From positions 4,087 through 68,086 of the IMG/VR virus record IMGVR_UViG_3300000233_000009: a DNA stretch of 64,000 bases; one strand, 5' to 3'. Origin of the DNA: a virus. The translations under genes were made by a program, and so were the position numbers. The first letter of the stretch is position 1, and the number at the start of each line of letters is the position of its first letter. The notes under the pieces were generated by a model. That model was not told the origin of the DNA. It did no database searches and was given only the letters and a program-made list of their open reading frames with translations. Positions 56,501-64,000 of the stretch are shown here, piece after piece.

Positions 56501-59500
56501 GAGTGTTCACTAGATTTACCTTGTGTTTTACTGTACTTGCCTTTAACCACTTCAGATACTGCTGTAAACTTTCTTCTAGCAATCTTCTTAACTTTGTTAA
56601 AAGTGTCTTCTATGTACTCCTCCGTTTTAGACCCTTTAGTAACTGCGTATAAAAGTCTTTTACTATTTTGCTGTGTAGTATGCATTACCCCATCAGCATC
56701 TAATATTTCTACTGTGTAGTATTCTATATTAACATCTTTATAATGCCCAACTAAAGTTACTGTAGTAGTTTCTCCTTCTTCTAAGAGCATTTCAGGACCT
56801 TTACCAATAACTACCGTAGACTTAGGGTGATATATAATATGCTTGTTCTTTAAAGGCCCTTCCACTATCCTGAATTGAGAGTATAACTTTATATCATCTC
56901 CATATTTTAATGGTTTACCAAAAGGGTGTGCATTATCATCACTACCTAGAATCAGTTCAACTGAAGTAGGAGTAATAGCATTGGCAATATTGTCTAATGG
57001 GTTATGGACCAAACCTCCATAGTTCTTTGTCCATATACTCTGCTCACTAACATCAGGTACATCAACTGTTGCTTCTTGTAATAGCATACTATATACAAAA
57101 CTTACAGGTTTCTTCTCAATCAAGTACTGAAGAGCTCTTTGTGTTCGTTTAAAGTACTTAGTAAACATCAGTAATCCTATCTTATTAAGCCAATCTTCTT
57201 TTGCAGAAGAGATCTTATTGTAGTTTACAAAAGCATTTATTACAGTCTTCAGTGCATTATTATGAAGAACCCCTTGCTCTCTTAAGAATTGGTACTCTGT
57301 TACCCTAGCAACAACATCACTATATTGCGTAAACAATGTCATCATCTTAAAGAATTGAGTTTTCTCACTGAGGTATATCCAATGCAATCCTTCCTTAATA
57401 AATCCTGGCACACCTTCTCCTACGCTTTCCACCTTTTTAGAAATCTTATTTGTAGTCTTGAAATCTTCTTGCCCTATATCTTCAGTCTGCACTGCTTGAT
57501 ATAGCCCTGATTCCATCAACTCATGCAGAGGGTGTTCTTCCATCTGAGCTTGTAGATTACGAGCTTTTCTCTTAGCATTTGGTTCTCCATTTTTTCCTTT
57601 TTGGACTTGTAGCTCATGATTATTACGTAATTGAATATACTCATGTACAGCAACAAAATTTGAGGCTGTTCTCTTAATAACTTTTATAGGGTTATTACCT
57701 GATTGCACACTATAAAATGCATTAGATACAATATTACTTAATAGGACTCCTGGTGTTCTTATGATAATATCTACCTTTGAGATCTTAATCAACTCTTTCC
57801 AGTATCCTTCCACTACTCTGGTTAAGTCCTGTATTTCTTTAGGAGCAACCCCATTAAAGTATATCCCAAGGGCCCCTGCATTTAATATAGTAGCTTCTTT
57901 AAATCCAAAGTACGCATGTAGCATATCTCTTCTTACTGCTATGCCTGTATATCCTTCATGATCTACTGCTTCCTTAAAGCTCTTTGGTAATAGTTTATAA
58001 ATACTTGCAATTTCTTCTATGTGGCTATCTTCTGTTATCTTGACATACTCTCTTCTGTTATGCCCGTACACTTCACCAGCCACATAATTTGCATCCATGT
58101 CTGCTTTGATTACTTTTAGAACTTTATTGTTCTGCTCTTCTGTTTTGCTTTTATCATACATATTTGAATGCATTCTGGCAAGTACATCAACTCCATCAAT
58201 ATCTTGCTCTAGTAAGTCTCTTTTAGCCTTCTTAGACATCATATATCTAAAAGTGTGCAGTTGGTATGCACCAGTAATAACAGGAGATAATCCTATTGCT
58301 ATATCCTTTACTCTATCATAGGTACCGGCTAACATCTCTTTTGCAATTTCTCTTTGTTGTCTTTTAAGTATAGCAATATCTGTGGCTTCCTTAATTCCTC
58401 TGTATGACTCACTACCCTTGAATCTGATATCGCCTAGAGTTGTTCCTCGTCGTCCTAGGTCAGTAATTCTAGTAACTCCAGGACTGTATCCTAGAGCCAC
58501 AAATGCTTTACTCTTATACACCCCCATAGGTTCTACACTAGTGTCAAAAGAGCTTTTATTTACTTCACTAACTAGCTCATACCCTTCATTTTCCATTTCT
58601 GCTCTTATAGATAAAGGCATGACTTGCACACTAACAGTATTGTCAGATAGTTGTGCTGCATATCCTTTTATCATCAGTGCTTCATTACCTTTAAATAACG
58701 TTTTCTTACTTTCTGTCTTAAATACGTGATGATAGTTTAAGAATTTATTCATGCCTTCAGGATCACTGTCCATTAATCTAGCAACTTCATTATTAATCTC
58801 TTTAGAGTTATAGCTTATTCCGTATAGAGTAGCAAGTATATCAACATGCTTGATTGTGATAGAGCTTGGCTTTGTTTGGGCATGACCACTATGGACTAAT
58901 CGTACGATTCCTTCAGCATTGTAGTTCTGTATAATACCTGCTTCATGCGTAGCCATATAAACCCCAAGACCTTTTGCTTGTGTTGTGTACCACTTACCAA
59001 ATGCTTTATCTGCATGTAATATTGCCTCAATTCTTGCTATTTCTAATTCTCTCTTTCCTGTATGCTTTAACAACACACTAATCTGTTCGCTACTATAATG
59101 CTTTGTAAGGCTTTCTAAATCTATGTCTAATACACCTAAGGATAATACTTCTCTTGCCTTCCTACTAAGTTTTTCTTTAAACATTGTGTGTATATACCCT
59201 CTAGCAACCTTCTCTATAAGTACTTTTTCTTCCTCAATTTTACCATTAGCATACCCTAACCTTTCAATCGCATCATCAAGGGTATCAGAAGACCTCATAT
59301 CCTTTAGTATGTTTGTAATCATCCCTTCAGGGTCAATTCCTAAAGCTGTCATTAGCTGTTCAAGCTCTGGTCTCAATTTTGGATCTGCTATAAGTTTGTA
59401 TGAGTATTTGGTAAGAAAGTACGCTTGTTGTAATACACTGGCATTAATAGGTATTTGGGGAATCCCTTTATTATCTATGTACTTCTCTACCTTCTTAACA

Positions 59501-60522
59501 AGATTCTCACCTTTCTTATTAGCACTATCAACCATCCTAAATATGCTAGTGAATAACCCGTCATTTTTCATCACTCGATTAATTGCTTTATTGTTGGTTT
59601 CACTTAAAACTAGAGTTAGCCCTAATAGTGCTTCGTACACATTATCATGATGTTGCCCTGATTTAACATTATTCATCACTAAACTCATCAAACTTTCCCA
59701 TAGGTTTTTTAATAGCCCTAATATAGAAGAAGCTTGTTCTGTCTCATTAAAACTATCTGACACATCTACAGTTTTCAGAAATGTTACTAACTGTTCATTA
59801 GTTAGCCCATGTGCTATAAACTCATGTAGTCCTTTGCCTTCCTTATTATTAAATATGTAAGTGTATGTAGCTTTTGCGATCTCTTCTTCTCTCTTTGGAT
59901 CAATACTATCCTCAGGTAAGAAGTGTTCCCATGTCACATGCTTTTCAGCTAAATGGAACAGATTCCATAACTGCTTTACTGTTGTGTGATTTACCATGCT
60001 CTTCAAGGATAGTGCATATGCTGTAAATGCATGTATTAATTCATGTGCATGCACTTCCATAGCAGATTTTGCATTCCCTGCTAATGCTTTAGTCTTAGTG
60101 TTGAGGTTTAAATACATTGACATTTTCTTGGTATCAAATACACCAGAGCTTTTCTCTGCTTCTGTGTTCAGAAATAGATTAACCTCATTAAGAAACTCTG
60201 TATTAAGAGACCCTAATACTTCTGCTATGTGTGCTTTATGTTCTTCACTAGGAGCATCAGGAAGTGTACCAAGATTTTGGCTAAGTTTTTGTATCTTCTT
60301 CATATCCTTATGGATATCTTTACCTAGACTTTCATATCTAATTGTCTGTTCGTTACCATTTTCACTGCCATACCAAGTTTCTTCAGACTCTTTCACTGTG
60401 TGGGTATTGTCTTGTGGCACAGCGTTCATTTGCTCTACCTTATAAGACATCTCTACCAGTAATGCTTTATCGCTCTCTGGCATACTACTATGGTTTAGCA
60501 ACTCATTTATACTACAATTCAT
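56497..60522 (-). CDS. separately encoded C-terminal part of N4-type virion RNA polymerase, with zincin-like HExxH
   Basis: 1341 aa; HAHELIHA, LHEFIAHGLTN, VRRDML, QYSDVVAR, AFVNY; directly follows the polymerase gene. Confidence 0.8.
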   Translation of the reverse strand: MNCSINELLNHSSMPESDKALLVEMSYKVEQMNAVPQDNTHTVKESEETWYGSENGNEQTIRYESLGKDIHKDMKKIQKLSQNLGTLPDAPSEEHKAHIAEVLGSLNTEFLNEVNLFLNTEAEKSSGVFDTKKMSMYLNLNTKTKALAGNAKSAMEVHAHELIHAFTAYALSLKSMVNHTTVKQLWNLFHLAEKHVTWEHFLPEDSIDPKREEEIAKATYTYIFNNKEGKGLHEFIAHGLTNEQLVTFLKTVDVSDSFNETEQASSILGLLKNLWESLMSLVMNNVKSGQHHDNVYEALLGLTLVLSETNNKAINRVMKNDGLFTSIFRMVDSANKKGENLVKKVEKYIDNKGIPQIPINASVLQQAYFLTKYSYKLIADPKLRPELEQLMTALGIDPEGMITNILKDMRSSDTLDDAIERLGYANGKIEEEKVLIEKVARGYIHTMFKEKLSRKAREVLSLGVLDIDLESLTKHYSSEQISVLLKHTGKRELEIARIEAILHADKAFGKWYTTQAKGLGVYMATHEAGIIQNYNAEGIVRLVHSGHAQTKPSSITIKHVDILATLYGISYNSKEINNEVARLMDSDPEGMNKFLNYHHVFKTESKKTLFKGNEALMIKGYAAQLSDNTVSVQVMPLSIRAEMENEGYELVSEVNKSSFDTSVEPMGVYKSKAFVALGYSPGVTRITDLGRRGTTLGDIRFKGSESYRGIKEATDIAILKRQQREIAKEMLAGTYDRVKDIAIGLSPVITGAYQLHTFRYMMSKKAKRDLLEQDIDGVDVLARMHSNMYDKSKTEEQNNKVLKVIKADMDANYVAGEVYGHNRREYVKITEDSHIEEIASIYKLLPKSFKEAVDHEGYTGIAVRRDMLHAYFGFKEATILNAGALGIYFNGVAPKEIQDLTRVVEGYWKELIKISKVDIIIRTPGVLLSNIVSNAFYSVQSGNNPIKVIKRTASNFVAVHEYIQLRNNHELQVQKGKNGEPNAKRKARNLQAQMEEHPLHELMESGLYQAVQTEDIGQEDFKTTNKISKKVESVGEGVPGFIKEGLHWIYLSEKTQFFKMMTLFTQYSDVVARVTEYQFLREQGVLHNNALKTVINAFVNYNKISSAKEDWLNKIGLLMFTKYFKRTQRALQYLIEKKPVSFVYSMLLQEATVDVPDVSEQSIWTKNYGGLVHNPLDNIANAITPTSVELILGSDDNAHPFGKPLKYGDDIKLYSQFRIVEGPLKNKHIIYHPKSTVVIGKGPEMLLEEGETTTVTLVGHYKDVNIEYYTVEILDADGVMHTTQQNSKRLLYAVTKGSKTEEYIEDTFNKVKKIARRKFTAVSEVVKGKYSKTQGKSSEHS

Positions 60523-63500
60523 TTAACACCCTTCTATTATCTTTAGAGCGACTTCAGAGAGCTCTTGTTCAATTATTACCCCTACTCTATTACCAACATC
60601 GTATTCTTCTGCTACAGCCTCTGCTTGTGCTTTTTCAAGCTCTTGTTTAGCCTTTGCCACATCCTTAACTACCTTCACTAACTTATACTCATACTCAGAT
60701 TTTACTTCTCCTAGAAATACCTTTAAGTCTTTCCCTTTTGCTTTATACGCACTACCAACTGGTCCAGCCATATGTACTACTGTCATATCCTCCTTAAAGA
60801 ATTGATTACGATTCGCACTTACAACTCTAGCGTACTCATTAGTCATCTGTTTAAGATCTTGTAATGTTACTTTATACTCCTCTGCATCATCAACAGGAAT
60901 GCTACCTATTCCAGGCAGTAGCGTAACATTAACAACAGTAACTTCAAGTTCTGGAGATGTCACAACTCTATTAAGTGCTTCAGCTACTGCTTCTATAACT
61001 GAGTATGTTGATTGTGCATTATACCACTGTGCATTGTAGTTATGTGTAGTATCTTTTGCATTATCAACTCCTACTACTTCAGCATCATGTACCCCTAACA
61101 ATCCTGCTTTACTCTTGTTTATTGTTTCTGCCATAACTACACCATCTATGTAGTGGATAGGTACTACAGCTCCTGCTTTAGTAGCTACTTCAAAGTCTTT
61201 TACTATTGCTTGAGCTGTTCTTTGACTAGCTAGAGTTCCTTCTAAGTAGGATACTTGTGTTGCTCCATATGTACCTTCATCATGTACTCTAGCCATACTA
61301 TAGATTGGGATACCTTGATTAATATCCTCACTAAGAGGACCTCGTATTAAAGGGAATACACTTTGCAACTCCTTGAGTATCTGCACCTTCTTTTCTGCAG
61401 TAATACTATTGACTTTGTCTGTCTTTTTAATCTCCTCTACTCTCTTATCATACTCACTCCTGTACGCCGCAAACATTCCTGTAAATGCATTATTCATCAC
61501 TTGATTGGCAGTTATCAGCTCCCCATACTTCTCCTTATAGTGCGCTTCTAACTGTACTCCATAAGTGTCTGTAATCATACCTGACAGTAACTTTAGTAGA
61601 TTACCTTTAGGGTATTTAATATCTTCTGCATACTTCGTCCTAAGCAGTGCAGGAATGTCTTTTAATCCTGTTAATTTAACTATCTCTTGCAACAGCAGTT
61701 TAGAGTTTTTACCGTTAGTCTCAGCTATCTCATCAAGGATGTCATTTGCTATCTTCTCACTAAATGAGGTGATAAGGGATGATAGTCCAGCAGCGTAGTT
61801 GAACTCCATGAATGGTTGCTTGAATAGGTCTCTCAACTCTTTGGTTACTTCCCCTTTCTCTGTGACCTTTGGTATCTTTTTTTGCAATTCTCTCCACAGA
61901 CTCTTTTCAACAACTCTTATATTCTTATCCATATCTGTGGTATTTATTTCCAGTGCCGATCCTTGGTATACGTCTATAATTTTATCCGCAGGATCCTTAG
62001 GATCTAGTGTATCACTAATATTAGTAACATCATCACCCTTTTCTCCTATGAACACTCCTACCTTCTCCTGATACCCTGAGTCAAACCCTAACTGCCCTAT
62101 CTTAATACCAAATCCAGATGTCTTGGCATCGAACTCTAATAATAGCTGTATTTCAACTACATCTCCTGCTTTTGCCTTCTCCATCTTCTGTAGGGTATCT
62201 AGCATATTGAGATAGTGACCAAGATGTTCTACCTCAATCCCTTTTATTTCTACATCCTTCTCTATCACCTTCACTAACTCCGCATATCCTAAAGCTTCTA
62301 CTTTCTTACCCTTAGCCACACTGCTTGCTATGCTCTTCTTGTCTACTCCATATCCTACTGCTTGTGCTAGACCGATGTAGTACTCATCAGACTCTTTACC
62401 CTTCTCCACTTTAGAGTTATTACCTTCGCCAACATATATCCATCTGTGTAATTGTTTGCCTGACTGCGTATTGATAGTATTACTATCCTGCATAAACCTA
62501 CCATTCCTAGAGAAGAACCAGTCGAAGTACATACCGTCGTTTAGCTTATTCTCTATTGTAGCTTCTACCTCTCGTAGTATCGCATCATTCTTAGCTTCTA
62601 CTGACTCTCTCTTCTTAATAGACATTTTACTGAATCCATCTGCTTCACCTAGGTCGAACCTATACCCCATTAACTCTAGGGCTTTCTCTTTATTATCTTT
62701 AACCCACTGCACTGCTGTAGCTACTGGCATGTGCTTCTCTCCTGCCAATTTATTGAGTGCGTCTACTGCTTTATCAGGAACTACTGTGATTGCATTCCTT
62801 CTAGCTTTAGTCTTACCATACTCCTTCTTTTTAGGCTTTTCTGCCGTTGGGCCTTTAACTACAGTACCACTAGTACTTAACTCTTCTTTCATCTTTGTAT
62901 ATACTTCTTTAGCAGCTTCTTTTACTTTTGTTCTATGAACTTTTGGTATAGTGTAGAAGGATACTGTGGAAAGCACATTCTTTGTGTGTGTAGTTCTATC
63001 TGCTCCTACCTTACCTGCTTCTTTTACATTCCTTTTTACCATCTTCAGCTCTTCCATCATCATCAAAGTGTGCTGTCCTATTGCTGACTTTAGCTTATCT
63101 GCTACTTCTATTGGAATGTCATTCTTAATCTTTAATCCCATATAGTTTAATACAGCTCCACCTAAGTCATTTAATATAGTAACTCCTGGTAATCCTAGAG
63201 CTATTGTTCTATTGATTTCAGCAGTACTAGCAGACTTCTTACCTAAAATCTTTAAAGCAGTCTCTCTGCTCATATGTGACAACTCTCCACCATTTGCTAC
63301 GATATACTCATTTGCTGCTAGTGCCATTGCTGTAAGCATTTTACCGTTTATAGAACCATCTTTCATAAATAGCATTCCTCTAGCTAAGTCGTCCTTTGCT
63401 TTCAATTTAGCCACAGACTCTAAATTCTTTGCTTTTGGGAGCATCTCTTGGGTAAATGTTTCAGGAATTATTTTAATAAACTTATTAAACCATTTTTTCT

Positions 63501-64000
63501 GCATCTTTGCTGTCATGCTCTCTGCATTTTGTAGTATATCAGTGTTCATTGTATCTTCAGCATAGCTCTCTAATATGGAGCTAATATCTACTACCTGTTT
63601 AACATCTAACCCTGCTCCTATTAGTCCAACACCTTTTGAGATACTATTATTAAGCATCTCAGTATTGTTAAGTATCTTGTTCTTTTCTTGTAATTTTGCA
63701 TGCTCTTCTGTTGCGTTTTTAGCAACTTCCTTTTCAACCTTTGGTTTGGCATTCTTACTTAGTGTACTAGATTTAACCCATTCCCCAGACTTCTCTACAT
63801 AGACATACCCGCTCTCTTTAAGGTGAGCCTTAATAACATGTATTAGTGGTTTAGACACTCCCTTATAAGTGTGTATCTTAAACTTAGCACCTGCTGCTAT
63901 TGCCCTATCTATAGACTTCTTCATAGGAGTCATTACATTAGGAACTGATATCCTAGCATTCTTTTTTACTGTACCAGTATCTTTTACTGTACCAGTATCT
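60523..64000 (-). CDS. virion RNA polymerase catalytic part (5' end outside window)
   Basis: SRNGRF, motif A EFDAKTSG, motif B RDLFKQPFMEFNY, motif C VHDA; frame open from 63933 to window edge. Confidence 0.88.
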   Translation of the reverse strand, partial: DTGTVKDTGTVKKNARISVPNVMTPMKKSIDRAIAAGAKFKIHTYKGVSKPLIHVIKAHLKESGYVYVEKSGEWVKSSTLSKNAKPKVEKEVAKNATEEHAKLQEKNKILNNTEMLNNSISKGVGLIGAGLDVKQVVDISSILESYAEDTMNTDILQNAESMTAKMQKKWFNKFIKIIPETFTQEMLPKAKNLESVAKLKAKDDLARGMLFMKDGSINGKMLTAMALAANEYIVANGGELSHMSRETALKILGKKSASTAEINRTIALGLPGVTILNDLGGAVLNYMGLKIKNDIPIEVADKLKSAIGQHTLMMMEELKMVKRNVKEAGKVGADRTTHTKNVLSTVSFYTIPKVHRTKVKEAAKEVYTKMKEELSTSGTVVKGPTAEKPKKKEYGKTKARRNAITVVPDKAVDALNKLAGEKHMPVATAVQWVKDNKEKALELMGYRFDLGEADGFSKMSIKKRESVEAKNDAILREVEATIENKLNDGMYFDWFFSRNGRFMQDSNTINTQSGKQLHRWIYVGEGNNSKVEKGKESDEYYIGLAQAVGYGVDKKSIASSVAKGKKVEALGYAELVKVIEKDVEIKGIEVEHLGHYLNMLDTLQKMEKAKAGDVVEIQLLLEFDAKTSGFGIKIGQLGFDSGYQEKVGVFIGEKGDDVTNISDTLDPKDPADKIIDVYQGSALEINTTDMDKNIRVVEKSLWRELQKKIPKVTEKGEVTKELRDLFKQPFMEFNYAAGLSSLITSFSEKIANDILDEIAETNGKNSKLLLQEIVKLTGLKDIPALLRTKYAEDIKYPKGNLLKLLSGMITDTYGVQLEAHYKEKYGELITANQVMNNAFTGMFAAYRSEYDKRVEEIKKTDKVNSITAEKKVQILKELQSVFPLIRGPLSEDINQGIPIYSMARVHDEGTYGATQVSYLEGTLASQRTAQAIVKDFEVATKAGAVVPIHYIDGVVMAETINKSKAGLLGVHDAEVVGVDNAKDTTHNYNAQWYNAQSTYSVIEAVAEALNRVVTSPELEVTVVNVTLLPGIGSIPVDDAEEYKVTLQDLKQMTNEYARVVSANRNQFFKEDMTVVHMAGPVGSAYKAKGKDLKVFLGEVKSEYEYKLVKVVKDVAKAKQELEKAQAEAVAEEYDVGNRVGVIIEQELSEVALKIIEGC
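63964..63999 (-). repeat. 18-bp tandem repeat encoding DTGTVK (2 copies visible)
   Basis: GATACTGGTACAGTAAAA x2 at window edge. Confidence 0.8.

Noticed and set aside
60520-60525. Genome-wide stop codon reassignment explaining the in-frame TAA
   Set aside because: TAA, TAG and TGA all end conserved genes normally elsewhere
63931-63936. ATG at 63933 as the true start of a natural stand-alone mini-vRNAP
   Set aside because: Frame stays open to the window edge (DTGTVKDTGTVKKNARISVPNV-M), so the gene is truncated by the window

Overview
Nearly complete genome of a divergent N4-like podophage (Schitoviridae-type architecture), circularly permuted so that the window starts inside the gp52-like virion gene and ends inside the virion RNA polymerase (vRNAP). 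Minus strand 1-19264 is the morphogenesis block: gp52/53/54/55-like genes, major capsid, gp57/58, portal, spanins, GH108 endolysin, holin, tailspike, gp67, terminase large subunit and gp69. Plus strand 19.5-56.5 kb is the early/middle block: single-chain T7-like RNAP, ThyX, MoxR ATPase/VWA pair, SF2 and SF1 helicases, family A DNA polymerase, intein-containing helicase, primase, SSB, ligase, HU, NrdAB and a MazG-like enzyme. Minus strand 56.5-64 kb is the vRNAP, split into two polypeptides. Main findings: (1) an acyl carrier protein, ketosynthase and putative acyltransferase cassette translationally coupled into the virion operon directly upstream of an MG-starting membrane/ejection protein, a candidate phage-encoded virion-protein lipidation system; (2) the two vRNAP parts each show a single Cys, exactly at the junction (...IEGC-stop-MNC...), suggesting a disulfide link; (3) a catalytically dead primase domain on the helicase plus a free active paralog; (4) a perfect 36-bp palindrome and structured leader over a sigma70 promoter; (5) a T4 gene-32-like pseudoknot ahead of ssb. 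No database searches were run. Family calls come from motif recognition and synteny, and novelty is unverified.
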